64,000 bases of DNA, taken from Candidatus Binatia bacterium. GTDB lineage: Bacteria > Desulfobacterota > Binatia > HRBIN30. Below the pieces are notes generated by a model, which saw only the letters and a list, made by a program, of their open reading frames with translations, was not told the DNA's origin and did not search any database. Location of the stretch: contig JBBRSP010000014.1 in NCBI GenBank assembly GCA_038245295.1, forward strand, positions 75,464 to 139,463. Reading direction: 5' to 3'. The translations under genes were made by a program, and so were the position numbers. Positions 28,301-37,396 of the stretch are shown one piece after another (positions within the stretch are counted from its first letter, which is position 1; every line of letters begins with the position of its first letter).

Positions 28301-31190
28301 GGTGCTGACGGTTGCGCCAATCAACGATCCGACGTTCGAAGGCACCGAGACGGTTGTTGTCAAACTGACGCCCGATGCGGCCTACTTCGCCGCCGATGGC
28401 GTCAACAGCGCCAGCGGCCAGATCGCTGACAATGACCCGCCGCCCGGCGGCTTCCTGCAGTTCAGCAGCGCCACCTACAACGCCGCCGAGAATGTCGGCA
28501 TCGCGGCGCTCCTCGTCACACGCAGCGGCAGCAGCAGCGGTAGCGTGAGTGTCCTGTGTACGACATCAAACGGCAGTGCCCTCGCCGGCTCGGATTACAC
28601 GAGCACATCGGCAACTCTCACCTGGGGGCCAGGCGAGACGGTCGCCAAGGCCTGCAACGTGCCGATCCTCGACGACACGACCTACGAGGCCAACGAGACA
28701 GTTCTCGTGACGCTCTCAAACGCAACCGGCCAGGCGGCAGTCGGGGTGCCTGGAAGTGCGACACTCACCATCGTCGAGGATGATCCGGCACCTCCCGGGC
28801 AAATCGTGCTGAACACCTCAACCGTCACGGTTGCCGAAGGCGGCGGCAGTGTGACGCTTACCGTGAAACGCATCAACGGCACCGGTGGTGCGGCGAGCGT
28901 CAACTACGCCACTTCCAACGGCTCGGCGACAGCCGGCTCCGACTACACGGCAAACTCGGGCACCCTCATGTGGGCGAGTGGCGACAACACCGACCAGACG
29001 ATTACCATCAACATTACGTCGGATGATCTATACGAGGGCGGCGACGAAACGTTCTCGTTCGACCTGAGTGGCGCGACGATCGCCCTTGGGACGCCGAGCA
29101 GCGCGACGATCACCATCATCGACGACGACCCGCAACCCCTCGAATATGATGTCGGCCCAGGATGGCCGTTCCCGACCATCAGCGACGTGCCGTGGCAGTC
29201 GCTTGTCGCCGCAAGTATCGTGCGCATCCACGGCGAGGGCTCGCCGTACCATGAGAAGTTCCTCATCTCGAGTCGCGGTACGGCGGCGCAGCCCATCCAG
29301 GTGCTGGGAATTGCGGGGCCCGCCGGCCAACCGGTCGTCATCGACGGCGCCAACGCCACCAGCAGTGCGGCTCTGCACTACGTCTCGTCGATGTTCACCG
29401 AGTCGCACAGTATTGTTGCCGTGGCGCGCGATACCCTCGACAACAGCGGCTTCAAGCCCGGCTACATCGAGATCGATGGGCTCGAGATCAGGAATGCCAC
29501 AGGCAATTTCACAACGACGACGGGACAGCCGGCAACCTACTCGAGCTTCGCGGCGGCGGTTCTCCTTCAAGGAGCGGAACACGTCAGCGTGCGCCATTGC
29601 GTGCTGCACGACTCGGCCAACGGACTCATGGTGGAATCGCAAGGCAGCGAAGCCGACGTGGCGCGCGATGTCCTCGTTCAGAACAACCACATCTACAGCA
29701 ACGGCTGGGCCGGCAACTACAACGGGCGGAACATTCAGATCCAGGCGGCAGGAGTTCGCATCGAAGCCAATCGCCTCGACACACCGGTGAACGGCAGCAA
29801 TGCCTACAACGTGGAAGATCACTCGTCAGGCGCGGTGATTCGATACAACCGCATCGAAGGTGGCGGTCGCCTGGTGCAGCTCTCCGACAGCAACAGCGCG
29901 GTGATTCGGGCCGAAGCCGACTACGGCAAGGCGATGGTCTACGGCAATCTCCTGCTCGACGGTCCGAACAACCCCGGCTCTCTCGTTTTCTACGGCGGCG
30001 ATAGCGGCACCACGGGCAACTATCGCAAGGGCACGTTGTACTTCTTCCACAATACGATCGTCATTGACTCGACCGAGTGGGAACCATCGGTCTTCGCCCT
30101 GGCGACCAACGCCGAGTCTCTCGATGCACGCAACAACATCTTCTACCGCCATCCTGTCGGCATCTCGCTCGGCAGCGCCAGCCTGCGCCTGATGCCGGGC
30201 AACGGTGTCGCAACGCTCGGCAACAACTGGATCAGCAGCGGTTGGCAGGCCGGCGGCAACGTCACGTACAATCCGGGGACGCAGATCGTCGGCACCCTGC
30301 CCGGCTTCGTCGACTACGCCAACGGCGACCTGCACCTCGCGACGAATGCGACGGCGCGTGATCAAGGCGGTGGGCTCAACGCCGCAACCGTCGGCACCTA
30401 TGATGTTACGGAACAGTATGTCGATGTTGCGACGCTGGAGCAGCGGCCGGTGGATGCGGCGGGCGATCTCGGGGCTTTCGAGTTTGGCAGTGTGCTGCCT
30501 ACTCCCACAAGGAGCGCAACGACAACAGGGACTGCAACGACGACGGTGACGCCTACGGCTACGGTCAGCGTCACGCCAACGACGACTCCGACGACCACAG
30601 CCAGCCCTTCGGTAACCGTGACGCCCACGGTGAGCCCGACCGGCACCGCCACGGTTTCACCGACCGTTACCGCTACACCGACCTCTACACCACTGGTGTG
30701 CTCGGCGGGGGTTGCGATGCGCGGGGCACGGCTCGCGCTCAAGGGAACACCGTTCGCCCTTCGCCTAACGGGCAATGCTGTGCTGCCGAAGCCGTGGGTC
30801 GCGGTTGATCCGCTCAACAATGGGTTTCGTGTCGCCATCAGCGACGACGTTGGAACCAACGTAGATCGAACAGTGCCGGGTGGGGCCAAGGTGAACGGGA
30901 CTGGGTGGACCATCAACGCGACGGGGCGGCGTTGGGTCTATGTCGATCCGGCAGGTAGTATCGGCGGCATCAAGCGCATCGTCATTCGCGATCGTTCGCT
31001 GCTCGAGAATGGACGGGTCAGCTGGTTTGTGATCGCCAAGGGCGACGCAATTGCCCTCCCGGACCCCAATGGCGTGCGCGCTGCCGTTGTCGTCGGCTCA
31101 CCAACCGAGTGCGCCGCATTCACCTGGAATGGGCCGCTGGCGTCACGGCCGCGATGTAATCTCAGGTCGGGCCGGCTGGTTTGCCGATGA
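25356..31190 (+). CDS. Giant (~1944 aa) secreted modular protein: heparinase II/III-like lyase module, three Calx-beta domains, right-handed beta-helix, Thr/Pro linker, C-terminal beta domain
   Basis: Signal peptide; HPRLWV; HQHGDGNSFELWRNG; three units of A.(N/A)GSDY...(F/Y)E..ET...L...I.D.D; beta-helix repeats; TPTAT tract. Confidence 0.8.
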   Translation: MGYLHLRQVVRFITSLAAAALLAHAITHPAAATPVKTHPRLWVRASDIPELQSRMVPTNPLWVSFNSFVQTALADYQNGKVPNLDPGWHTGNIPYTSELWGMVFAFMSLIEPNATQKQMYTTAAKDCLMHIINQAYLGPGTPDANGNYPPFRHPDFPNADRGFYNEAFPLMVDWLQAQPGVLTADDLGKIRKTFLWWALSSESAVYFSPNNPNHLVNDPTLLHLTPPASSYDIDNRAVPRDALNNHYANRLRMQIMMALAFDPANDVSVAPGDIDTPGALTGYIVGPGGPADWLYQNKGYLRLGTGSWLYLTDYGLRHDTGNGMSPEGLEYMSNGLGPIAFAMLMLQTAGQDDPNQWGPQVVLNGHPFWKDSVDAFLHQLPPSTRFVKDYEHVGPSFDMAWYGDGENYVQNDQYIKVLAPLALADQYRTGNINEPRTQAVRYIEQYLAPGGAAKFASRITSNYGNRTFRDAIQQFLLYDPDAAAPTDPRLSLPNTVFSAFNPAGTMGSIHSRTGLGENQSYFDYRLGWMRIDHQHGDGNSFELWRNGVWLTKRSIGYGAVASNADYNNAFTIQNNTLPINDTFENHKTANRHGSQYTYSQAADPALVAKSLAQNFLYVSGDASGLYNIYSDAVINDVQHASRSIVWLKPDYVVVYDRATTATAGRFKRFWLSLSDVPQISGNTTHTTVTDTHYVSGVLTSTPKAELFTTTLLPVGATLSTDLRRQMTYSCQLADHSTVDCDTPAASQCVYADSATGRCNCPAQGSLPPEWNGTCPCQCGDQTAAGEPMDVRLRVDAPGGPANSRFLNVLQSSDLGATQNTASSITSSSGNAYDGAVVNNAVVLFPVNLDTAFAGMTYSVPNTTTGHLITGLTSNAVYYVTQQTNGGMTTVTVNPSAPGTQAITDSGGVLVLGSIEPANVSIVATDPNGAEADSDPLSFTINRSGSTAAALVVHYSLSGTATNGSDYGTLNGAITIAAESVSAVLTVAPINDPTFEGTETVVVKLTPDAAYFAADGVNSASGQIADNDPPPGGFLQFSSATYNAAENVGIAALLVTRSGSSSGSVSVLCTTSNGSALAGSDYTSTSATLTWGPGETVAKACNVPILDDTTYEANETVLVTLSNATGQAAVGVPGSATLTIVEDDPAPPGQIVLNTSTVTVAEGGGSVTLTVKRINGTGGAASVNYATSNGSATAGSDYTANSGTLMWASGDNTDQTITINITSDDLYEGGDETFSFDLSGATIALGTPSSATITIIDDDPQPLEYDVGPGWPFPTISDVPWQSLVAASIVRIHGEGSPYHEKFLISSRGTAAQPIQVLGIAGPAGQPVVIDGANATSSAALHYVSSMFTESHSIVAVARDTLDNSGFKPGYIEIDGLEIRNATGNFTTTTGQPATYSSFAAAVLLQGAEHVSVRHCVLHDSANGLMVESQGSEADVARDVLVQNNHIYSNGWAGNYNGRNIQIQAAGVRIEANRLDTPVNGSNAYNVEDHSSGAVIRYNRIEGGGRLVQLSDSNSAVIRAEADYGKAMVYGNLLLDGPNNPGSLVFYGGDSGTTGNYRKGTLYFFHNTIVIDSTEWEPSVFALATNAESLDARNNIFYRHPVGISLGSASLRLMPGNGVATLGNNWISSGWQAGGNVTYNPGTQIVGTLPGFVDYANGDLHLATNATARDQGGGLNAATVGTYDVTEQYVDVATLEQRPVDAAGDLGAFEFGSVLPTPTRSATTTGTATTTVTPTATVSVTPTTTPTTTASPSVTVTPTVSPTGTATVSPTVTATPTSTPLVCSAGVAMRGARLALKGTPFALRLTGNAVLPKPWVAVDPLNNGFRVAISDDVGTNVDRTVPGGAKVNGTGWTINATGRRWVYVDPAGSIGGIKRIVIRDRSLLENGRVSWFVIAKGDAIALPDPNGVRAAVVVGSPTECAAFTWNGPLASRPRCNLRSGRLVCR

Positions 31191-31662
31191 GGGATTCCAA
31201 GACGCCGGCGCTCTGTTCTTCGAGATCGGCGCAGGCGAGGAACACGGCGCGACTGGCAGCGTCGGGAGCGTGCTCTGCGAAGGCCCTCCATACCGCGGCA
31301 CCGGCACGCTCACCTTGCGCCTGCATGCGGAACTGCTGCGCCAGGGCGCGATCCGCAAACAGCGTGCGGTTGATCTCGGGCAGATCGGGGTTTGCCTTCA
31401 CGATGGCGGCCTGCGTCGCCGCCGCGTCCGGGAACAGCCCTTCTATCCGCGCAGCAATCTCTTCTTCGCGTGCCGCACACGCGCGCAGTTCGGAGCGGTG
31501 CGAAGCAACCGCCGGCTCATCCGACCAGGCTCGATAGCGCGCCGCCGCCAGGCGTTCGGCAAACGCGATCAGCAAAGGCTGCTGAGCCCGTGGTACACGC
31601 TGAACCACCGAGCCCAGAAGCGCCGCGACGTCGGGCGGTTCCGTCTGAACATCGATCGACAT
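31162..31662 (-). CDS. Hypothetical helical (ferritin-like) protein
   Basis: AERLAAARY, CAAREEEIA, QAQGE and CADLEE duplicated helical pattern; GAAGGAG RBS; 3' end overlaps the giant gene by 29 bp. Confidence 0.6.
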   Translation of the reverse strand: MSIDVQTEPPDVAALLGSVVQRVPRAQQPLLIAFAERLAAARYRAWSDEPAVASHRSELRACAAREEEIAARIEGLFPDAAATQAAIVKANPDLPEINRTLFADRALAQQFRMQAQGERAGAAVWRAFAEHAPDAASRAVFLACADLEEQSAGVLESLIGKPAGPT

Positions 31663-32014
31663 GGCAATCTCCTTCTTCTCACCGATCCCCGTCGAGCGCG
31701 AACCTTGAGAGAGTCGCATACTCGGCGCCGCGCGGCGACAGCCTGCTTTCGATGAGTTCGATCTGATCGACGCGCCAGGGCTCGATCGGCCGAGCGTTCC
31801 TTGGGTAACAAGCGATACGCGGTCTACCCCAGAGGACGGTATATCGTCGTGATACCGATTCGTTCCGTTACCGCTAACGCATTCAAGAATTTCACATCTA
31901 ACCTTTGGACCGAGGACAAACCTCAGTAGCGACACATTCGGCTGAGTCCCTCCCCCGGCCGTCGAGGCTCATCTTCTATTGCGCTGGTCGGATCAAATCC
32001 TGTAGGCGCAGCGC

Positions 32015-32422
32015 ATGAACGACACGAACGATCTCGTCATCCAGAGCCCGGCGATCGCACTGGCCGGGCGCATCATGTTCACGCTGATCTTTTTCCTTTC
32101 GGGCATCACCCATTTTACCGACGGCGAACGCTACGCCAATTTGATGCCGGCGGTGATTCCGTTTCGCCTTTTCTGGGTATGGATCTCGGCCGTCTTCGAG
32201 CTAGCCGGAGCGGCGATGGTCCTGATCAACTGGCGGCCACGCCTGGGCGCGTGGCTGATCGCCATCTTCCTCGTGCCGGTGACGATCACGGTACACGGGA
32301 CGGCGATGATCACGTCACCCGAGGAGCAGATGCGAGCGATTCAGACATCGTTTTTCTTGAAGGGCATCACCATGACCGGTGCGGCGCTGCTGATTACGCA
32401 GCTTGGAGTGAAGCCGCGCTAG
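32015..32422 (+). CDS. DoxX family membrane protein
   Basis: GR....IFF.SG..HF, ELAGA, FLVPVT...H and FFLK. Confidence 0.85.
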   Translation: MNDTNDLVIQSPAIALAGRIMFTLIFFLSGITHFTDGERYANLMPAVIPFRLFWVWISAVFELAGAAMVLINWRPRLGAWLIAIFLVPVTITVHGTAMITSPEEQMRAIQTSFFLKGITMTGAALLITQLGVKPR

Positions 32423-32425
32423 CCA

Positions 32426-32500
32426 GCGCAGGCTGAAGCCTGCGCCTACCGATTGCCCCCCCCCGAAGCCGACACCGGCAGGCGCAAGCTTCAGCTTGCG
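32426..32500. repeat. Inverted pair of GTAG-type REPs (BIME-like) between convergent genes
   Basis: gcgcaggctgaagcctgcgcctacc ... gcaggcgcaagcttcagcttgcg; same family as 13988-14011. Confidence 0.7.
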
Positions 32501-32522
32501 GCCGCGAGCAGCGGCTCGTCGC

Positions 32523-34073
32523 TCAGATTTTCTTCTCCCGTCCAACCCAGTACGGATCCCGCAGCTTGCGTTTGTAGAGCTTGCCGTTGGGATCGCGCGG
32601 CAAGGCTTCTATGAAGTCGACCGACTTAGGCGTCTTGAATTTGGCGATCTTGCTGGCGCAGAAGGCGATGATCTCCTGAGCCAAGGCTGGTCCCGCCTCG
32701 AATCCCGGCTCGAGCTCGACCACCGCCTTCACTTCCTCGCCCCAATCCTCGTTCGGAATACCAAAGGCGGCCGCGTCGGCTACCTTGGGATGCATCAGCA
32801 GCGCCGACTCGACCTCAGCTGGATAGATATTCGCCCCGCCGCTGATGATCATGTCGATCTTGCGGTCACACAGGAACAGGTATCCCTCTTCATTGAGGTA
32901 GCCGATGTCGCCGACGGTGAAGAAGCCATCACGGCGATTGGCATCCGTCTTCTCCTTGTCCTTGTGATACTCGAAGTCGGCGACGCCCAGCTTCATGTAT
33001 ACCGTGCCTGGTTGATTCGTCGGACAATCGGCACCCTGGTCATCCAGAATTCGCAGCTCGGAGCTCGGCCAGGCGCGCCCGACTGTGCCGGGATACTGCA
33101 GCCACTCCTGCGGTGTCACCAGCGAGCCGCCGCCTTCGCTGGCCGCGTAGTACTCGTAGATCACCGGGCCCCACCAATCGAGCATGCGGCGCTTGACGTC
33201 GACCGGACATGGCGCGGCGGCGTGAATGACGTGACGCCAGGAGCTGACGTCGTATTTCTTCTTGATGTCCTCGGGCAGAGCCAGCAAACGATGGAACTGC
33301 GTCGGCACCATATGCGTTACGGTGGTGCGGTACTTCTCGACGATTTGCAGACAGGTCTCGGGCGTCCACTTGTCCATCAACACCACCGTGTGGCCGTAGT
33401 GCAGCGACGAGCCGGCGAACATGAGCACGGCGGTGTGGTAGAGAGGTGAACCGGTCAGATGAACATTGTCGTTTTCCGGTTCGACGCCGAACATCGCCAG
33501 GAACATGGCGAACATCGAAAACATCATATCGGGATCGAAGGGCGACAACGGTCGGCGCACGCCCTTCGGCCGCCCCGTCGTGCCAGAGGTGTAGTTCATC
33601 ACCTGGCCGGCAACCCGATTGTCCGGCATCGTCGTCGGCTGCCCGGCGCTCAACTCGTCATAGGAACGGAAGCCCGGAACCGGACCAACCGCGAACCGAC
33701 GCTCTTTGGCAAAGTTGATTTCGTCGGCGGCACCGCTGCAGATGGCGGCGAACTTGTCGGAGCCGATGAACACCTTGGCCTCGGAGTTGTCGACGATGTA
33801 CGCCACCTCGGACGCCGCCAGGTGATTGTTGATGGGCACCAGGTAGAGACCGATCTGCGCCGTGGCCAGATAGATCTCGATCATCTCCGCCGAGTTCGGC
33901 AGCACGGCGGCGACGACATCGCCCTGCTGTAAGCCAAGCCCACGCAACCCATGCGATACCTGGTTGGCCTTGGCCAGAAGCTGGCCCGCTGTGAGTTCGC
34001 GCCCGCTGGGATCGACGAGAGCCAGATGTTCGGGGTTGCGTTGCGCGACGTTCCAAAATCCATAATCAGGCAT
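32523..34073 (-). CDS. Acyl-CoA synthetase (AMP-binding)
   Basis: YTSGTTGRPKG, YAASEG, GDIGY, DMIISGGANIYPAE and PRDPNGK. Confidence 0.95.
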   Translation of the reverse strand: MPDYGFWNVAQRNPEHLALVDPSGRELTAGQLLAKANQVSHGLRGLGLQQGDVVAAVLPNSAEMIEIYLATAQIGLYLVPINNHLAASEVAYIVDNSEAKVFIGSDKFAAICSGAADEINFAKERRFAVGPVPGFRSYDELSAGQPTTMPDNRVAGQVMNYTSGTTGRPKGVRRPLSPFDPDMMFSMFAMFLAMFGVEPENDNVHLTGSPLYHTAVLMFAGSSLHYGHTVVLMDKWTPETCLQIVEKYRTTVTHMVPTQFHRLLALPEDIKKKYDVSSWRHVIHAAAPCPVDVKRRMLDWWGPVIYEYYAASEGGGSLVTPQEWLQYPGTVGRAWPSSELRILDDQGADCPTNQPGTVYMKLGVADFEYHKDKEKTDANRRDGFFTVGDIGYLNEEGYLFLCDRKIDMIISGGANIYPAEVESALLMHPKVADAAAFGIPNEDWGEEVKAVVELEPGFEAGPALAQEIIAFCASKIAKFKTPKSVDFIEALPRDPNGKLYKRKLRDPYWVGREKKI

Positions 34074-34113
34074 CCTGATGACCCTTCCGTTGCGATAGCT
34101 GTCTAAACCCCAA

Positions 34114-34373
34114 CGTCGTCCCGGCTAAGGCCGGGACCCAGTGCCGGAATGACATCCGCACGTCAGGCACACGATCCATCACTGGATCCCGGCCTTCGAG
34201 ACTGTCGATTTTCTTTGATTCAGCGTTTGAGCCAGCGCAAACACCCCCGTCATACCGGCGAAAGCCGGGATCTTGCCAGCTTTCGAGGCTTCCAGCAGGG
34301 GGAGATCCCGGTTTTCACCGGGATGACGTTGCTCCACTTTGGCTTTACGACACACTCTTTCGCCGGGATGACG
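34114..34373. repeat. Second copy of the REP-like outer palindrome, with a MITE in its right-hand loop
   Basis: CGTCGTCCCGGCTAAGGCCGGGACCCAGTG...CTGGATCCCGGC-CTTC|MITE|TTTC-GCCGGGATGACG. Confidence 0.8.
34198..34357 (-). mobile_element. 160-bp MITE, inverted relative to the copy at 22650-22810
   Basis: Ends GAGACTGTCG...CGACACACTC; interior is the reverse complement of 22650-22810; flanked by CTTC/TTTC. Confidence 0.78.
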
Positions 34374-34380
34374 AACAGCC

Positions 34381-35559
34381 TCATCGCGGCAATCCCAGTA
34401 TCCGCTGCGCAATAACGTTGCGTTGGATCTCCGAGGTGCCACCCATGATGGTTTCCGAGCGCGAGTACATGTACTCACGCGCGATGTCTTCGCGATCGGC
34501 GCCGTCGTCGCCTTCGTACGACACGCCGTCATTGCCCAGCACGTACATGGCGACCTCCTGCAAACGCTGGTCGGTTTCGCTTCCGAGGATCTTTTCGATC
34601 GAGCTCTCGGCGCCGGGATGACCGGTGCGCAGCAGATTCGTCAGGCTGCGGTACCCGCTCAGCTTGAGTAGCTCTACCTCGATATAGGATTGTACCAGGC
34701 GCTGCCGGCACAAGGCGTCGGCCTGCATGTGTTGCTTGCGCGCAAATCGCACCATGCGCTCGTAGCTGCGGCGGATCTTGCGTTGGAAGGTGAAGGTCCA
34801 TACGGGGCCACGCTCGTGGGCCAGGATCCCCATGGCGATCTGCCACCCGGCGCCGCCGGCACCAACCATGTTCGCGACAGGCACACGGACATTGTCGAAG
34901 AACACTTCGCAGAACTCGGCTTCGCCGGTCATCTGCTGTAGCGGCCGCACCTCGATCCCCGGCGTGGTCATCGGCACCAACAACAGGCTGATGCCTTTGT
35001 GTTTTGGCTGATCGAGCTCGGTGCGACAGAGAAGGAAACAGAAGTCGGCAAGATCGGCGTGGCTCGTCCACACCTTCTGGCCGTTGACGATGAAGTCGTC
35101 GCCGTCACGTTCGGCGCGGGTTTTGAGCGACGCCAGGTCCGAACCGGCGCCCGGTTCCGAAAACCCCTGACACCACAGATCACCGCCCGACAGCAGCGGC
35201 CGTAGGAAGCGATCCTTCTGCGCCTGGGAGCCGTGGTTCAAGATTGCCGAACCGATGAGATCGACGGCGCCGCTACTGGCGATCGGCCGCGGGGCACCGA
35301 CACGATCGAGCTGTTCTTCAAACAACCAGCGCTCGACGACGGTCGCGCCACGGCCGCCATTTTCCTTGCTCCAGGCGATCGCCGCCCAGCCGCCTTGGGC
35401 GAGCTTGGCTTGCCACTCACGCGCGATCACTTTCCAGAGAGGGTCGTCGGAACGGGCCCACGCGTGGTCCTTACGCCAATAGGCCGGCACGTTACCTTCG
35501 AGCCAGTCGCGCGCCTCTTTGGCGAATGCCAATTCTTTCTCTGAGAAGGAGAAATCCAT
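34381..35559 (-). CDS. Acyl-CoA dehydrogenase (FadE-type)
   Basis: WCQGFSEPGAGSDLA, NGQKVWTS, FCEVFFD and TIMGGTSEIQRN. Confidence 0.96.
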   Translation of the reverse strand: MDFSFSEKELAFAKEARDWLEGNVPAYWRKDHAWARSDDPLWKVIAREWQAKLAQGGWAAIAWSKENGGRGATVVERWLFEEQLDRVGAPRPIASSGAVDLIGSAILNHGSQAQKDRFLRPLLSGGDLWCQGFSEPGAGSDLASLKTRAERDGDDFIVNGQKVWTSHADLADFCFLLCRTELDQPKHKGISLLLVPMTTPGIEVRPLQQMTGEAEFCEVFFDNVRVPVANMVGAGGAGWQIAMGILAHERGPVWTFTFQRKIRRSYERMVRFARKQHMQADALCRQRLVQSYIEVELLKLSGYRSLTNLLRTGHPGAESSIEKILGSETDQRLQEVAMYVLGNDGVSYEGDDGADREDIAREYMYSRSETIMGGTSEIQRNVIAQRILGLPR

Positions 35560-35571
35560 GGGGTCGGTATC

Positions 35572-35596
35572 AACCGAACAAACGTTTGGTTGTCAA
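35572..35596 (-). promoter_or_regulatory. TTGACA -35 element with an adjacent imperfect palindrome AACCGAAC-N4-GTTTGGTT (candidate TetR-type operator)
   Basis: TTGACA on the minus strand at 35591-35596; 7/8 inverted repeat at 35572-35591, 13 bp from the fadE ATG. Confidence 0.45.
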
Positions 35597-35719
35597 GCAA
35601 TGCTGGTGACGTGCCCCCCAATTGACCGCAAGGACTGCGGCGACAGCAACGACACTCTTCACTGACGGTTGCCGGCCTCCACTCGAACAGGCCTTGGTGA
35701 GGGCGTCTAACGATCGAAG

Positions 35720-35767
35720 GGCCAGATGGCCAGATGGCCAAATCGCCACATGAGCAAATGGCCAGAG
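35720..35767 (+). repeat. Six degenerate 8-bp tandem repeats (consensus GGCCARAT)
   Basis: ggccagat ggccagat ggccaaat cgccacat gagcaaat ggccagag. Confidence 0.7.
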
Positions 35768-35813
35768 GCGCGTGATTGAATCAGTCTTGCGCCGCTCTTA
35801 TAAGCGCGGCGCA

Positions 35814-36236
35814 ATGGCAACTTCATATACGGGACCGATCCCCAAGCCGACGCCCGAGTCGAAGCCCTACTGGGACGCCGCCGCCCAGGGCAAGCTGCGC
35901 CTGCAGAAGTGCAACGACTGCGGCCAGTTCTACTTTTACCCGCGCCCGCTGTGCGTGCATTGCCTGTCACGCAACGTCGAATGGCAGGATTGCAGCGGCC
36001 GCGGCACCTTGCACACCTTCGTCATCAATCAGCGAGCGCCGCGAGGTTTTCCAGCCGATGGCCCCTACATCATCGGCATCGTACAGCTCGACGAAGGGCC
36101 GCGTTTGATGACCAACATCGTCGGCATCGAGCCCGACCCGAAGAAGTTGCGCTGCGACATGCCCGTCGAAGTGGTGTTCGAGCAGATTACCCCTGAGATC
36201 AGCCTTCCCAAGTTCAAGCCACGGGTGACGGCATGA
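35814..36236 (+). CDS. DUF35 Zn-ribbon/OB-fold acyl-CoA-binding protein
   Basis: C..CG....YPR..C..C and L.EGPRL.TN; ATGA-coupled to the thiolase. Confidence 0.93.
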   Translation: MATSYTGPIPKPTPESKPYWDAAAQGKLRLQKCNDCGQFYFYPRPLCVHCLSRNVEWQDCSGRGTLHTFVINQRAPRGFPADGPYIIGIVQLDEGPRLMTNIVGIEPDPKKLRCDMPVEVVFEQITPEISLPKFKPRVTA

Positions 36237-37396
36237 GCGTCGACTACCGCAAGCAACGCGGCACCGTCGCCATCGTCGGCGCCGCCGAATCGGACGAGTT
36301 GGGCAAGCTTCCCCACAAATCGGCGCTCGCTCTCCATATGGAAGCGACGCACAATGCCCTGGCCGACGCGGGCCTGAAGAAGAGCGACATCGATGCCGTC
36401 TTCACCTCCGGTCGCAACATGGCCAACGAGCTCCCCGAATACCTCGGCATCCGGCCACGCTTCCTCGGTGGCACCCAGGTCGGCGGCTGTTCGTTCATTC
36501 TACATGTCGAACACGCCATGGCGGCGATCAACGCCGGTTTGTGTGAGGTTGCCCTCATCACCCACGGCGAAAGCGGCGCCTCGCGGATTGCCATGCCGTC
36601 GATGCGCTGGGGCGATGACTCGACGGCCAATCAATATGAGCTCACCTACGGGCACGCCGGACCACCGACCGGCTACGGCATGGTGGCGACGCGCCACATG
36701 CACGAATACGGCACGACAAAAGAGCAGATGGCGGAGGTCGCCGTCGCGACGCGCCAATGGGCCGCCCTCAATCCGAAGGCCATGATGCGCGAGCCGATCA
36801 CGATTGCCGACGTGCTGGGCTCGCGCCTGGTAGCCTGGCCGTTCAATCTGCTCGACTGCTGCCTGGTCACGGACGGTGGCGGCGCCATCATCGTCACCTC
36901 AGCCGAGCGCGCCAGAAGCCTGCCGAAAAAACCGGTGTACGTGCTCGGCACGGGCGAGTGCTCGTCCCATACGATGGTCAGCCAGATGCCCAACTACAAT
37001 CGTTGGGATGCGGCGGTGGCCAGCGGCGAACGCGCCTTCAAGATGTCCGGCGTGAAACACTCCGAGATTCATGTCGCCGAGTTCTACGACGCCTTCACCA
37101 TCGTACCGATTCTCGCCGCCGAAGCCCTCGGCTTCTGCAAACCGGGCGAAGGCGGGCCGTTCATGGCCGGCCAGCGTACGGCGCCCGGTGGCGCCTTCCC
37201 CATGAACACCAACGGCGGCGGTCTGTCCTATACCCACACCGGGATGTACGGGATCTTCATTCTGATTGAGCTGGTACGGCAGCTGCGCGGCGAATGCGGC
37301 CCGCGTCAGGTGGCGAATGCCACGACCGGCATCTGTCACGGAACAGGCGGCACATGGAGCGCCGCGGCGACACTCATTGCATCAACGGAAGTATAG
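36233..37396 (+). CDS. SCP2-type thiolase/lipid-transfer (Ltp2-like) protein
   Basis: NPKA..R, DCC.VTDGGGA, YDAFT and NTNGGGLS. Confidence 0.9.
   Translation: MSVDYRKQRGTVAIVGAAESDELGKLPHKSALALHMEATHNALADAGLKKSDIDAVFTSGRNMANELPEYLGIRPRFLGGTQVGGCSFILHVEHAMAAINAGLCEVALITHGESGASRIAMPSMRWGDDSTANQYELTYGHAGPPTGYGMVATRHMHEYGTTKEQMAEVAVATRQWAALNPKAMMREPITIADVLGSRLVAWPFNLLDCCLVTDGGGAIIVTSAERARSLPKKPVYVLGTGECSSHTMVSQMPNYNRWDAAVASGERAFKMSGVKHSEIHVAEFYDAFTIVPILAAEALGFCKPGEGGPFMAGQRTAPGGAFPMNTNGGGLSYTHTGMYGIFILIELVRQLRGECGPRQVANATTGICHGTGGTWSAAATLIASTEV

Noticed and set aside
30495..30695. Repetitive ACG/CCG-rich DNA (also ~16080-16320 and ~42110-42260)
   Set aside because: It simply encodes the Thr/Pro linkers of secreted proteins and is not an independent DNA repeat element.
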